A stretch of DNA of 64,000 bases from an uncultured Bacteroidales bacterium (GTDB taxonomy: Bacteria > Bacteroidota > Bacteroidia > Bacteroidales > WCHB1-69), in NCBI GenBank assembly GCA_947165685.1, contig CAMVBK010000005.1, forward strand, positions 23,071-87,070, in the 5' to 3' direction. A program made the translations under genes and the position numbers. Shown here in pieces: positions 1 through 9,758 of this stretch; positions within the stretch are counted from its first letter, which is position 1; every line of letters begins with the position of its first letter. Under the pieces are notes generated by a model, which saw nothing but the letters and a program-made list of their open reading frames with translations, made no database searches and was not told the origin of the DNA.

Positions 1-1
1 T

Positions 2-745
2 TTCAACTGGCAAAATGGTGACGGTTCTGCCAATGGCAACACTTCTTACTACAACTATGCTATTGCCAACCCGTCTGTCGCTACTGCCGGTAACCACTTC
101 CCGAACACGAACCTCGGTTTGTCGAACACGAACGTTTACGACGATTTGTGGATGCACTTCCTCGCTAACCGTCCTGTGACGAAGACCATCGTTCCGTTCA
201 GACTGCATGGTGACTACAAGATTGTCTATAGACTGTATGCTACTGACCATCCCGATGACTTCGAACATCTGTATCTCGCTGAAGGTGCTGCTTCTGACGG
301 TTCCGACACGACGATGCACCTCGGTGGCCAGAACGCTTTCATGGGTAATCTGACTCTCCTTGCCAAGGATTCTGTCCATATCGCTGTTACGGGTACAGAT
401 ATCCCGAACACTACTCCTAACGAGTTTGTTACTCCTGAGGTTGCTCCTGCCCTCGTTGTTGACGAGACCACGGTTGCTCCTGACATGGAAGTTTGGCCGA
501 ACCCGGCTCCCGCTGTCACCACGACCCTCAAGGCTCGCGTCCACAACATGGCCGGTGAGGCTACGGTCACGCTGACCAACCTGAATGGTAAGAACGTCTA
601 TACTGGCAAGACCTTCGTTGACAATGATAACTACTACTTCGAGTTCGATGTGAACAGCCTGTCCGTCGGTTCCTACATCTTGACGGTCCGCACGAACGAC
701 GCTGTCGTCACGAAGAAGGTTATCGTCACTGTCTTAGCCCGATAG
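2..745 (+). CDS. secreted protein, 3' part only (gene starts upstream of window), with T9SS type-A C-terminal sorting domain
   Basis: Frame 2 is open from base 2 (FNWQNGDGSANG...), so the TTG at 119 in the ORF track is internal. The last ~80 aa (VWPNPA..TLTNLNGKNVY..GSYILTVRT..KKVIV) look like a Por/T9SS CTD. Confidence 0.75.
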   Translation, partial: FNWQNGDGSANGNTSYYNYAIANPSVATAGNHFPNTNLGLSNTNVYDDLWMHFLANRPVTKTIVPFRLHGDYKIVYRLYATDHPDDFEHLYLAEGAASDGSDTTMHLGGQNAFMGNLTLLAKDSVHIAVTGTDIPNTTPNEFVTPEVAPALVVDETTVAPDMEVWPNPAPAVTTTLKARVHNMAGEATVTLTNLNGKNVYTGKTFVDNDNYYFEFDVNSLSVGSYILTVRTNDAVVTKKVIVTVLAR

Positions 746-766
746 TCAGATAACTGAATAAAGCAA

Positions 767-804
767 AGGAGTTGTGCGCACACAGCGTGCAACTCCTTTT
801 TTGT
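767..804 (+). terminator. hairpin plus T-run downstream of the T9SS cargo gene
   Basis: AGGAGTTG..(GC-rich arm, loop)..CAACTCCT followed by TTTTTT. Confidence 0.6.
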
Positions 805-882
805 TTAGTTCAGAGTTCAAAGTTATAGTTATTAGTTATAGTTATAGTTAATTGTTATAGTTATTTGTTATTGTTTAAGTTA
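805..882. repeat. short tandem repeat array (AGTTAT/TAGTTA-like units)
   Basis: agttatagttattagttatagttatagttaattgttatagttatttgttattg, read directly. Confidence 0.85.
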
Positions 883-885
883 ACG

Positions 886-2667
886 ATGCGTCGGGGTTTT
901 GTAAGTGATTTCATGAAGCAGTATGCGGGGCGTTTGGCAGGGATGTTCCTGTTGAATGGGCTGTATGTTGTGCTCACGATCTTCACTTTCTTGATGATTG
1001 AGCCGTTTGTGAAGCTCTTGTTCAGAGGGACGTTGGAGGGGTTGAGCACCTTGTCGGCCTATATGGTGGGCGTGCTTTCCAAGGTGCTGCCGCTCGACAG
1101 TGCGGGGCATTCCGTTGTGGCGCTCATTTTGGCCGCTGCAGGGCTCTTTCTGCTGCGTAATCTGTCGTATTATGCTTCGCAGTGGATTATGGGGCATGTG
1201 CGCAGCGATTTTCTCTATTCGTTGCGCAACCGGTTGTACGACAAGATGATTTCGCTGCCGTTGGGCTATTTCACGAAGGAGAGTCGCGGCGATGCAGTGA
1301 CCCGTGCCGTGAACGATGCCCAAGAGGTGGAGTACACGGTTTTGGCTTCGATCCAGAAATTCCTTACCGACCCGATTGCGTTGCTTTGTTACTTGGGCTT
1401 TCTTTTCTATATTGACTACCAGCTGTCCCTTTGGGCTGTTCTGCTGATGCCGGTCTCGTTTTTGGTTATCGGTTTTCTTTCCCACCTGTTGAAGCGCTCC
1501 TCCAAAACTTACCGTCAGCGGTTGGGGGTGCTGCTTTCGCATGTGGAGGAGACGTTGTCGGGGCTTCGGGTGATTTACGGCTTCAACGCGCAGGAACACG
1601 CCTATCAGCGTTTTTCGGAGTTGAACCAGCAGTTCCACAGCCATCAGAAGCGAGTTTATCGGCAGAGCTATTTGGCTAATCCGTTGAGCGAGTTCCTCGG
1701 AGTAGCATCCGTGATGGTGGTTTTGGTGATTGGCGGCACGCTGGTGTTGTCGGACCGTTCGGGTTTGTCGGCGGAGTTGTTCATCACCTACATTGCCCTT
1801 TTCACGCAGATCATCACGCCGGTGTCGAACATCTCCTCCGCTTTCGCCGACTACAAGCGCGGCGAGGCGGCCCTTGACCGTATCCGTGCTTTCCTTGCTG
1901 TCGAGGACAACGTGGAGGAGGCGGACGGAGCGCAGGCGTTGTCGGATTTCCGGGAGAGTGTCGTTTTCGAGGATGTTTCGTTTGCATACGATGAAACGGC
2001 GGTCTTGCAGCATGTCGATCTGACGATTCGGAAAGGGGAGACGGTGGCGTTTGTGGGGGCTTCGGGAGCGGGGAAGACGACGCTCGCCGACCTGCTGATG
2101 CGCTTTTACGAGCCCACTTCCGGCAGAATCCTTTTGGATGGGGTGGATGTTCGTGGCTACCGCACGCGCGACTACAGGAGCCTCTTTGCGCTCGTTTCGC
2201 AGGATGTGATGCTGTTCCACGACACCATCTACCGGAATATCACGTTGGGTTGCGATGCCACGATGGAGGAGGTGGTGGCGGCGGCGAAAGCGGCCAACAT
2301 CTACGATTTCGTTATGTCGCTGCCGGACGGTTTCCAGTATATGGTGGGCGACCGTGGGCTTTCGCTCTCCGGCGGTCAGCGGCAGCGTGTGAGCATCGCG
2401 CGGGCGGTACTGCGGGACGCGCCGGTGTTAGTGTTGGACGAGGCCACCTCCGCCATGGACACGGAGTCGGAGCGGTTGGTGCAGCAGTCCGTCGAGATGT
2501 TGTCGAAGCAGCGCACGGTGGTGGTGATTGCGCACCGCTTATCGACCGTGCGCCATGCCGACCGCATCTGCGTGATGGACGGCGGCCGGATTGTGGAGCA
2601 GGGCACGCATGAGGAGTTGATGGCGAAGGAGGGGGTGTATTTTCGGTTAGTTGGGTTAGTGGGTTAG
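886..2667 (+). CDS. ABC exporter, fused permease and ATPase (MsbA/lipid-export-like)
   Basis: N-terminal 6-TM region, then Walker A GASGAGKTT, signature LSGGQRQR and Walker B VLVLDEATS. The first ATG is 886; ATG 913 (MKQYAG) is also possible. The track start at 865 is TTG inside the repeat array. Confidence 0.9.
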   Translation: MRRGFVSDFMKQYAGRLAGMFLLNGLYVVLTIFTFLMIEPFVKLLFRGTLEGLSTLSAYMVGVLSKVLPLDSAGHSVVALILAAAGLFLLRNLSYYASQWIMGHVRSDFLYSLRNRLYDKMISLPLGYFTKESRGDAVTRAVNDAQEVEYTVLASIQKFLTDPIALLCYLGFLFYIDYQLSLWAVLLMPVSFLVIGFLSHLLKRSSKTYRQRLGVLLSHVEETLSGLRVIYGFNAQEHAYQRFSELNQQFHSHQKRVYRQSYLANPLSEFLGVASVMVVLVIGGTLVLSDRSGLSAELFITYIALFTQIITPVSNISSAFADYKRGEAALDRIRAFLAVEDNVEEADGAQALSDFRESVVFEDVSFAYDETAVLQHVDLTIRKGETVAFVGASGAGKTTLADLLMRFYEPTSGRILLDGVDVRGYRTRDYRSLFALVSQDVMLFHDTIYRNITLGCDATMEEVVAAAKAANIYDFVMSLPDGFQYMVGDRGLSLSGGQRQRVSIARAVLRDAPVLVLDEATSAMDTESERLVQQSVEMLSKQRTVVVIAHRLSTVRHADRICVMDGGRIVEQGTHEELMAKEGVYFRLVGLVG

Positions 2668-2772
2668 TGGGTTAGTTGGGTTAGTGGTTTAGTGGGTTAG
2701 TGGTTTAGTGGGTTTAGTGGGTTTTGTGGTTTAGTGGGTTAGTGGTTTAGTGGGTTTAGTAAGTTTAGTGGA
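2645..2772. repeat. tandem repeat array, GGTTAGTG-like 8-9 nt units, about 15 copies
   Basis: ggttagttgggttagtgggttagtgggttagttgggttagtggtttagtggg... It overlaps the last codons and the stop codon of the ABC exporter. Confidence 0.9.
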
Positions 2773-2799
2773 TTAATTTTCAACTTTCAATTAAAAAAG

Positions 2800-3477
2800 A
2801 TGGCAAAGCATAAGTTAGAGAGGTTCGCGGAGAATGCGACATTTGGGAATTTGTTCCAGCATACGGAGTATGACAGGATAGGGGAGGCGTTCCCGTTGCG
2901 GGGGCGATGGCGGGAGGATTATTTCCACAATGACCGGCCGATTGTGCTGGAGTTGGGTTGTGGCAAGGGGGAATATACGGTTGCGATGGCGAAGCGTTTT
3001 CCGGAGCGCAACTACATTGGCATCGACCGGAAAGGGGCGCGTTTGTGGCGGGGCTGCAAGGACGCGCTGGAGCAGGGGTTGTCGAACGTGGCGTTCCTGC
3101 GCATCACCATCGACCACATCGGGCTCTATTTCGGGCCGGGCGAGGTGGATGAGATTTGGGTGACGTTCCCGGACCCGCAGATCAAGAAGGAACGGAAGCG
3201 GTTGGTGGGACCTCATTTCGTGAACGACTACTACCGCCCGATTTGGCCCGCAAACGGCGGTCTTTTGCATCTGAAGTCCGACAGCGACTTCTTGTATGAA
3301 TATCTCCTTGAAACGGCGGAAAAGGAGCGTTGGAACGTTTTGGAGAACATCCCCGACGTGTATGCCGGCGGTGCGGACCCGCTGCTCACGGAGGTGCAGA
3401 CGTTCTACGAGCGGAAATGGTTAGAGGAGGGGAAGACGATACATTATGTGCGGTTGAAGGTTGGGGACGTTGAGTAA
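2800..3477 (+). CDS. trmB: tRNA (guanine46-N7)-methyltransferase
   Basis: LELGCGKGEYT SAM motif and IWVTFPDPQIKKERKRL motif, 225 aa. Confidence 0.9.
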   Translation: MAKHKLERFAENATFGNLFQHTEYDRIGEAFPLRGRWREDYFHNDRPIVLELGCGKGEYTVAMAKRFPERNYIGIDRKGARLWRGCKDALEQGLSNVAFLRITIDHIGLYFGPGEVDEIWVTFPDPQIKKERKRLVGPHFVNDYYRPIWPANGGLLHLKSDSDFLYEYLLETAEKERWNVLENIPDVYAGGADPLLTEVQTFYERKWLEEGKTIHYVRLKVGDVE

Positions 3478-3499
3478 GTTTAGGGAGATTAGAAAGATT

Positions 3500-3533
3500 A
3501 AGGCCTGGGGCGGATGCCTCAGGCCTTTTTTGA
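3500..3533 (+). terminator. rho-independent terminator after trmB
   Basis: AAGGCCTGGGGC-GGAT-GCCTCAGGCCTT (12 bp stem) followed by TTTTTT. Confidence 0.8.
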
Positions 3534-3534
3534 G

Positions 3535-3607
3535 TCGGGGTGAGAAGACTCGAACTTCCGGCCTCTACGTCCCGAACGTAGCGCGCTACCAACTGCGCCA
3601 CACCCCG
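3535..3607 (-). tRNA. tRNA-Pro (anticodon CGG)
   Basis: The reverse complement folds as a cloverleaf: acceptor CGGGGTG/CACCCCG, D stem GCGC/GCGC, anticodon stem CTACG/CGTAG with loop TTCGGGA, T arm GGAAG-TTCGAGT-CTTCT. It is 73 nt with no encoded CCA. Confidence 0.9.
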
Positions 3608-3622
3608 TCTGTTTTGCGGCTG

Positions 3623-3630
3623 CAAAAATA
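3623..3630 (-). promoter_or_regulatory. Bacteroidota -7 box (TAnnTTTG) upstream of tRNA-Pro
   Basis: Minus strand reads TATTTTTG, 16 nt upstream of the tRNA 5' end. Confidence 0.5.
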
Positions 3631-3747
3631 CACTTTTTTTGAAATAAAAAACGCGTGTCGAAAAAAATATATTTTTGTCTTTGCAAGGTTAATTTTCTTT
3701 GCCACAACAGACGGGCGATTTCGTTAAAAGACAAAATACTTACGAAT

Positions 3748-6666
3748 ATGAAGAAGAATATTGTTGCGGTTTTGCTGGCATTGGCCGTTGCTTTGTTTTG
3801 CCAAACTGCTGTAGGACAATCGATTATTATGGGCTCGGCACCATTGGTGGCCGACATTGACGATATGCCCCGCGACTTTTACGACCCAGGCGGCGTTCCA
3901 GGCGACATGGGTGACAACCAGGACCCGGACGGCTATTTTGCCCAGAACTTGCGCGACACGATGACCTTGCGCACGAACATGTCGGGCACGTTGATGTACA
4001 TCATCTTCACCGAATTCGCCATGAGTCCGGGCGACACGCTCTACATCTTTGACGGCCCCAACACCGACGCCCCGCTGATCGGCGCTTACAATTTGGTGCA
4101 GAATCCCGGTGAAATCTATGCGTCGGACCGTATGTTGACCTTCGTGTTCCATTCCGACGACGAGGACATCTTGGGGTTGCGTGCAGGCTGGCGGGCGCAG
4201 GTGTATGCCTACTCCGTCACGCCGGACAACCGTATCTGGCCTACGGAAGACGGTACCGGTGCCATTCAAGCGGTGACCTGCAATGCTTGGTTCTATGACT
4301 CCGGCGGCGCGAACGGCAACATCGCCTCGAACAACCCAAACGGTGGCGCAAACCCTATATACGCCAACTTTATCTCCCCTGTAGGTTCGCACGTCAAGTG
4401 CGAGTTTTCCCAGTTTTCTGTGAATGGGGTGATGGAGATTTACGACGGCCAGTATGCCGACCCCAACAAACGCCTCATCGGGCAGTTTTGCAACTCCACG
4501 TTGGATGCTTCCACTAACAATATGCCGCCCACGCTGTTCTCCTCCGGCAACGCGCTGTCGTTTATCTACCGGGGCAAGGCGGGTGACACGCAGAAAGCCG
4601 GCTGGAAGGCGGAGATTACCTGCGTGCCGGAACTCTTCGAGACCGAGGACGGCAACCCCTGTCCAGGGGTGACCAACGATGTGGCGGAGATGTATGCCGA
4701 TCTTTTCAATGCGGAGACCAAGACCATTGAGTGGGACTGCGACATTCCCATCATTATGCTTCGGGCCGGTGTCATCGCCACCGGGCAATATACCAGCGAC
4801 TACAAGGTGGAGCAGATTCCGTATGATGAGAATAACATGCTGTTCGGGTATGATGAGGGAACCCCTATAGGTGCCAGCTCCGACGATCACTGGGAGAGTG
4901 GTGTTCAGCTTCCTTTCACGTTCACATTCTTTGGAAAGCAATATACAACAGTTTATCCTGGCACAAACGGCTTGATTTCGATGACACCGCAGTCGGGTTA
5001 CTGTACGTATTCGTATAATGCTCCAGCTACAGCACCGGATTATTCTGCTATCCCATACGTGTACAAAAACTGTGTTTATGGCGTGTATGAGGACATAGAT
5101 TGTCGATATTATACCAATAAAAATGATGGATTGGGCATGGGTAATGTACGTGTTGGTGTGTTGGGGGCTCCTCCTTGCCGTGCGTTCGTGTTCAATTATT
5201 TGAACGTGGGTTTATATGGACTGACCAGCACCAGTACGGGTAGCCAGTACAACAATTACAATACCTATCAAATGGTGTTGTATGAGGGAACCAATATTAT
5301 AGATGTCTATATTAAGCATAGAAAATGTTGTGCCACGACCAATTCTCATGGAGAGGGCATTATAGGTCTCCAAAACACCACATCTTCGCAGATTCTCTTA
5401 GCTCCAGGGCGTGGAATGACCAGTTGGTCTGCCGACAACGAGGCCTGGCGCTTCACCCCGATCACGCCGTTGGACGAGCAGGGTGAGCTTCGCTGGTTCG
5501 TGAACGACACCAACAGCGCGGTCTATAGCCGCGACAAGATGATCACCGTCAGCAAGCCCGATGCCCCGGTCACGAAATACATCTCCGTGTATAGTTATAC
5601 GGATGCTGCCGGTGTCCATAGAACCTATATGGACACGACCACCATCTTAGTGAAGGTGCCGACCGTGCACCTCGCCTCCTCCACAGGCAACAATTTCATC
5701 TGTCCGAACGACCCGGCCACGCTGTCGGCCACTTTCACGGGATATTCGGACATTCTGCCGGAGTCCTACCTGTGGAGCACGGGCGACACCACGGCGACCG
5801 TCACGGTGAACCCCACGGAGTCGAGCACCTACACGCTGACGGTCACGTTCGACAACCGGTGCGACAACAAGGACACGGTGCGCGTGAAGGTCACCGAGTT
5901 GGAACTCCCTGACATCACGGGCACTCCGGAAATCTGCTACGGCGAGTCCTCCACGTTGTTGGCTACGCACGCCACGTCGAACGAGTTCCATTGGAGCAGC
6001 GGGCAGTCGGGTGCCACGATTACGGTGTCGCCGCAGGTGACCACCACCTACACGGTGACGGCCACGATGGAGGGCGACTGCGAGGTCACGGATACGTTCA
6101 CGGTGAACGTCATCCCGCTGCCCACGCCGTCGTTCATGGCGGATCCCACGGAGATTTACGTAGAAAACGGGGTCGGAACGGTGACCTGCACGAACCTCTC
6201 GCCCGCCGGTTATCACTTGGTGTGGAATTTCGGCGATGTCTTCTCCAACATGAACGAGATGGTGGACGTGGAGGTGGCGACCCACGAATACACGCGTTCC
6301 GGCTACTACACGATCACCTTGACGGCCTCCGATTCGGCGGGCTGCACCGATTCCGTGAAGGCGCGCGTGTCGGTGGAGGTGCCGTATTTCTTCTACATCC
6401 CGAATGCGTTCTCGCCCGATGGCGACGGTGTGAACGAGACGTTTGCCCCGAGCGGCGAGGGCGTCGACCCCGACCAGTACTCGATGCAGATTTTCGACCG
6501 CAACGGTATTTTGATTTACAGCACCCATACCCCTTACGATTATTGGGACGGCCGCAACAAATATGGACAGATGTGCCCCGAAGGCGTGTATGTCTATATC
6601 ATCCGCTTAGTCAACCTCAACGGCGACGACAAGGAATACACCGGTTCGGTGACACTGGTGAAGTAA
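3748..6666 (+). CDS. large secreted multidomain protein with T9SS type-B (gliding-motility-associated) C-terminal domain
   Basis: Signal peptide MKKNIVAVLLALAVALFCQTAVGQ at ATG 3748. Contains a PKD-like segment (FGDV..HEYTRSGYYTITLTASDSAGC). C-terminal motif YIPNAFSPDGDGVNETF...GVYVYIIRL is typical of the type-B CTD. Confidence 0.85.
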   Translation: MKKNIVAVLLALAVALFCQTAVGQSIIMGSAPLVADIDDMPRDFYDPGGVPGDMGDNQDPDGYFAQNLRDTMTLRTNMSGTLMYIIFTEFAMSPGDTLYIFDGPNTDAPLIGAYNLVQNPGEIYASDRMLTFVFHSDDEDILGLRAGWRAQVYAYSVTPDNRIWPTEDGTGAIQAVTCNAWFYDSGGANGNIASNNPNGGANPIYANFISPVGSHVKCEFSQFSVNGVMEIYDGQYADPNKRLIGQFCNSTLDASTNNMPPTLFSSGNALSFIYRGKAGDTQKAGWKAEITCVPELFETEDGNPCPGVTNDVAEMYADLFNAETKTIEWDCDIPIIMLRAGVIATGQYTSDYKVEQIPYDENNMLFGYDEGTPIGASSDDHWESGVQLPFTFTFFGKQYTTVYPGTNGLISMTPQSGYCTYSYNAPATAPDYSAIPYVYKNCVYGVYEDIDCRYYTNKNDGLGMGNVRVGVLGAPPCRAFVFNYLNVGLYGLTSTSTGSQYNNYNTYQMVLYEGTNIIDVYIKHRKCCATTNSHGEGIIGLQNTTSSQILLAPGRGMTSWSADNEAWRFTPITPLDEQGELRWFVNDTNSAVYSRDKMITVSKPDAPVTKYISVYSYTDAAGVHRTYMDTTTILVKVPTVHLASSTGNNFICPNDPATLSATFTGYSDILPESYLWSTGDTTATVTVNPTESSTYTLTVTFDNRCDNKDTVRVKVTELELPDITGTPEICYGESSTLLATHATSNEFHWSSGQSGATITVSPQVTTTYTVTATMEGDCEVTDTFTVNVIPLPTPSFMADPTEIYVENGVGTVTCTNLSPAGYHLVWNFGDVFSNMNEMVDVEVATHEYTRSGYYTITLTASDSAGCTDSVKARVSVEVPYFFYIPNAFSPDGDGVNETFAPSGEGVDPDQYSMQIFDRNGILIYSTHTPYDYWDGRNKYGQMCPEGVYVYIIRLVNLNGDDKEYTGSVTLVK

Positions 6667-6790
6667 CTCTCAGACTTAGACTAAGGACTTAGACATAGAC
6701 TAAGGACTTAGACTTAGACTTTGAACCTTGAACCTTAAGCTGTTGGCTGTTAGCTGTTAGCTTGAAACCTGAAACTTGAAACTTGAAACC
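6667..6790. repeat. composite tandem repeat array (ACTTAG/ACTAAGG, TGAACCT, GCTGTTAG and CTTGAAA blocks)
   Basis: Read directly. It starts at the base after the stop codon of the preceding gene. Confidence 0.9.
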
Positions 6791-6818
6791 AACAGGGGGC
6801 CCGTGCGGACCTCCTTTT

Positions 6819-7751
6819 TTATTGCTTGACGGTTTTCAGGTCGCGGACGCGGAAGTTGTTCCACATCGGCTTGGTGTCGGGGTTGTAGTAGGTCTCGTCG
6901 ATTTGGAGTTTGGGATTTTTGAAGACGATTTCCTCGATGAACTGGTCGATGACAGGAAACTCGTCGTTGTAGAAGCCTGCCACCTGGTGTCCGAGGCCGG
7001 GGTAGCGGCGGACATGGTGTCCGTAGCCGTTTTTCTTAAACCCTTTGACGATGGAGTTCGTGCCGAAGAGGCCCAGGTTAAAGACATTGGTCTGCTTGTA
7101 GATGACCAGCTTGTCGTCGGTGCCGTGGCAGAAGAGGGTGGGGGCGGGCGAGTGGAGCTTGTATTTGGGTCTTCCGTGGTGGGAGAAGATGGCGCCCGCG
7201 TAGGAGATGACGCCTGCGGGGCGGAAGCTGGCGGGCAGGATGGCGCTGTTGTAGTAGCCGTTGCAAAGCGCATAGTCGGTCTGCAGCACCGCGATGGCAC
7301 CCGCACTGCTGCCCATGAGGATGAAATGGTTGGGGTCGAGCTTGTATTTTTTCGTATCCAAGAGGTTCTTCAGGGTGTAGTCGATGGCGGAGATCAGGTC
7401 TTCTGCCGCCATCTGGATGGACTGGTCGAACCGCTTGACGGAGGCCAAGGCCGAGAAGTTCTTCTGCCCGCGCATTCCCAAGCGGTAGTCGATGGCGATG
7501 ACCACATAGCCCTGGTCGGTGTAGTATTTCTTGACTTTCTGCACCTGGTTGTCGTCGCGCTTGCCGCCGATGAAGCCGCCGCCGAACACAAAAAACAGGC
7601 AGGCCTTCCGGTCGTTCTGCACCTGCGGGACATACACGTCCATGTATAGCTTGTGCGTGTCTTTCTGCGCGTAAAGGTAGGTCTCCTTCTCCTGCGCAAA
7701 AACAGAGAAAAGACACGAGAAACTGGTGAGAAGGATGAGTAGTCTTTTCAT
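6819..7751 (-). CDS. secreted alpha/beta hydrolase (esterase/lipase fold)
   Basis: Signal peptide, oxyanion-type FVFGGGFIGG, nucleophile elbow GSSAG, and a later HGTDDKLV motif. Confidence 0.8.
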   Translation of the reverse strand: MKRLLILLTSFSCLFSVFAQEKETYLYAQKDTHKLYMDVYVPQVQNDRKACLFFVFGGGFIGGKRDDNQVQKVKKYYTDQGYVVIAIDYRLGMRGQKNFSALASVKRFDQSIQMAAEDLISAIDYTLKNLLDTKKYKLDPNHFILMGSSAGAIAVLQTDYALCNGYYNSAILPASFRPAGVISYAGAIFSHHGRPKYKLHSPAPTLFCHGTDDKLVIYKQTNVFNLGLFGTNSIVKGFKKNGYGHHVRRYPGLGHQVAGFYNDEFPVIDQFIEEIVFKNPKLQIDETYYNPDTKPMWNNFRVRDLKTVKQ

Positions 7752-7756
7752 TTTAT

Positions 7757-7828
7757 TAGTTTAAGGTTTAAGGTTTAAGGTTCAAGGTTCAAAGTCTAAG
7801 TCCTTAGTCTAAGTCTAAGTTCTTAGTT
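7757..7828. repeat. tandem repeat array (TTAAGGT, TCTAAG units), inverted relative to the 6667-6790 array
   Basis: 7775-7802 is the exact reverse complement of 6711-6738 (28 nt). Confidence 0.9.
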
Positions 7829-9085
7829 CTAAGTTCTACATTTCACCATCAGCAGTGGAATCATGATGGCGAAGAAATCGACACCGAAGCGGCGGTCGAA
7901 GACGCATTCGAAGCAGCTGTTCACGGCCAGGAGGATGAAGAGGGTGAGGAGGAGAATGTCGCGGTGTTTGATGGCGGTGCCGAGCGGGGTGTAGAAGTAG
8001 AGCAAAAGGAGGAGGATGCCGGGGATGCCGTTGGTGACCAAGGCCTGCAGATACTGATTGTGGGCATTGTAATTGTGGTTGAAATCGCGCCAGTAGCCGT
8101 GGGCGCGGTATTTCTCGCGGATAGCGTCGAAGCAGTCGCCGGTGCCGGTGCCGAAGGGCAGGTTCTCGACCGCTGCCTCCCAGGAGGCTTGCCAGATGAT
8201 TAGGCGTACGTCGCTGTGCTTAGTGTTCGTGCTGTCCTTTTCCAAGGTGTATTTCGACTCCGTAAAGCGGTTTTTCGGCGCGATGTCGGTGGTCATCAGG
8301 ATCACGAAAAGGCCTGCAATCAAGCTGATGACGAACAGCATGGCTTTCCAGTCTGCCCGGCGTTTGTGGACCGCGTAGAGGCTTAGTGGCAGGTGGATGA
8401 GGATGAAGGTGATGATGCCGGCGCGGGAGTAGAGGCAGAAGACACCGACCAGCAGAACCGCATCGACGATGTAGAGGGTGATCTTTTGCAAAGGGGTGGT
8501 CGTGTCGTGGTGGTCGATGAGATAGACAAGGATGAGGACGTATGCGAAAGTGGTGTAGAGGGCCACGTAGGTGGGATGCCGCAGGAAGGAGAAGGAGGAG
8601 TAGTAGAAGTAGGTATTGTCGCCGGTGGTGGCGAATTGGTAGAGGCCGTGGCCGAATAGAATCAGGATGTGCAGCAGGGTGCTTGCGGTGAATAGGGCGA
8701 GGAGTAGATGTATATGTTTTTTTGTCAGTAAGTTACGAGATATGGTCAGGAGGATGGTCGGGGCGATGAGGAACCAGAGGTAGCATTCCACGGTGCGCCA
8801 GGCATAGTTTTGGTGGGTGGAGTTGAGGAGCCCCAGCAGAGGGATGAGACAGATGCCGAGCAGGAAGATGCCGTAGGGGATGCCGTCGTTGGCCTTAAAG
8901 TTCGCCCATTTCTCGCGCCAGTGCCCTTGCGCAATCCACAGCAACATCAGCAGGATTCCGATGGGCCACATGAAGTAGGTGGTGAAGGGCAGCAACGCCA
9001 CCATGGGAATCATGAGCAGGAAGCTGACGTTGAAGAGCTTGTCGTCTGTTCGGAGAGACTGGCAGTATGCGGTGAATTTATTCAT
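7829..9085 (-). CDS. O-antigen ligase (Wzy_C) family membrane protein
   Basis: Polytopic membrane protein with an [17 protein letters not shown] loop motif. Confidence 0.75.
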   Translation of the reverse strand: MNKFTAYCQSLRTDDKLFNVSFLLMIPMVALLPFTTYFMWPIGILLMLLWIAQGHWREKWANFKANDGIPYGIFLLGICLIPLLGLLNSTHQNYAWRTVECYLWFLIAPTILLTISRNLLTKKHIHLLLALFTASTLLHILILFGHGLYQFATTGDNTYFYYSSFSFLRHPTYVALYTTFAYVLILVYLIDHHDTTTPLQKITLYIVDAVLLVGVFCLYSRAGIITFILIHLPLSLYAVHKRRADWKAMLFVISLIAGLFVILMTTDIAPKNRFTESKYTLEKDSTNTKHSDVRLIIWQASWEAAVENLPFGTGTGDCFDAIREKYRAHGYWRDFNHNYNAHNQYLQALVTNGIPGILLLLLYFYTPLGTAIKHRDILLLTLFILLAVNSCFECVFDRRFGVDFFAIMIPLLMVKCRT

Positions 9086-9758
9086 GGTCGAGCAGGTCGG
9101 GGCGTCGTTCGCGGGTTCGGGTGAGTTGCTGGTCCATGCGCCACTCGTCGATGAGCTTGGGGTTGCCGGAGAGCAGCACGTCGGGCACGCGGTGGCCGCG
9201 GAAGTCGGCCGGGCGGGTATAGACCGGGGCGGAGAGCAGGTTGTCCTGGAAGGAGTCGGAGAGGGCGGAGGCCCCGTCGCTGATGACGCCGGGAATCACC
9301 CGCGCGATGGCGTCGGTGATTACCATGGCCGCCAGCTCGCCGCCAGAAAGCACATAGTCGCCGATGCTGAGTTCGCCGGTGACAAACAACTCGCGCACAC
9401 GCTCGTCCACCCCCTTGTAGTGGCCGCACAGCAAGATGAGGTTCTGTTTCAGCGAAAGCTCATTGGCAATCTGTTGGTTGAAGGTGACCCCGTCGGGGGC
9501 CATGAGGAAGACGCCGTCGTACTCGCGCTCGCTCTTCAGCTGCTCGATGCACCGCGCGATGGGCTCCACCATCATCACCATGCCTGCGCCGCCCCCGAAC
9601 GGGTAATCGTCGGCGCGATGGTGCTTGTCGTAGGTGTAGTCGCGGATGTTGTGGACGTGCACTTCCAGGTACTGCTTCTCCACGGCGCGTTTCAGAATCG
9701 AGCTGCCGAACACGCCGGGGAACATTTCGGGGAAAAGGGTCAGTATGTCTATTCTCAT
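9078..9758 (-). CDS. trmD: tRNA (guanine37-N1)-methyltransferase
   Basis: [13 protein letters not shown].., [23 protein letters not shown]. The upstream 111 codons in the ORF track have an Arg/Pro-rich out-of-context composition, so ATG 9758 was chosen. Confidence 0.92.
   Translation of the reverse strand: MRIDILTLFPEMFPGVFGSSILKRAVEKQYLEVHVHNIRDYTYDKHHRADDYPFGGGAGMVMMVEPIARCIEQLKSEREYDGVFLMAPDGVTFNQQIANELSLKQNLILLCGHYKGVDERVRELFVTGELSIGDYVLSGGELAAMVITDAIARVIPGVISDGASALSDSFQDNLLSAPVYTRPADFRGHRVPDVLLSGNPKLIDEWRMDQQLTRTRERRPDLLDHE

Noticed and set aside
880-2220. Long antisense or alternate-frame ORFs in GC-rich genes: 880-2220(-), 3724-4941(-), 5647-6528(-), 6783-7649(+), 11485-12282(+), 13953-15158(+), 17238-18860(+), 21409-22623(-), 29484-30791(-), 36269-37066(-), 44843-46618(-), 46664-47626(-), 47963-49207(-), 52332-53234(-), 52337-53278(+)
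   Set aside because: Each lies fully inside a gene with clear family motifs on the other strand or in another frame. Their products are Arg/Gly/His/Pro-rich low-complexity sequences typical of shadow ORFs in GC-rich DNA.
2645-2772. Possible CRISPR array. The same question applies to the other tandem arrays at 6667, 7757, 10630 and 30888.
   Set aside because: The units are only 6-9 nt and directly abut each other with no unique spacers. There are no cas genes in the window.
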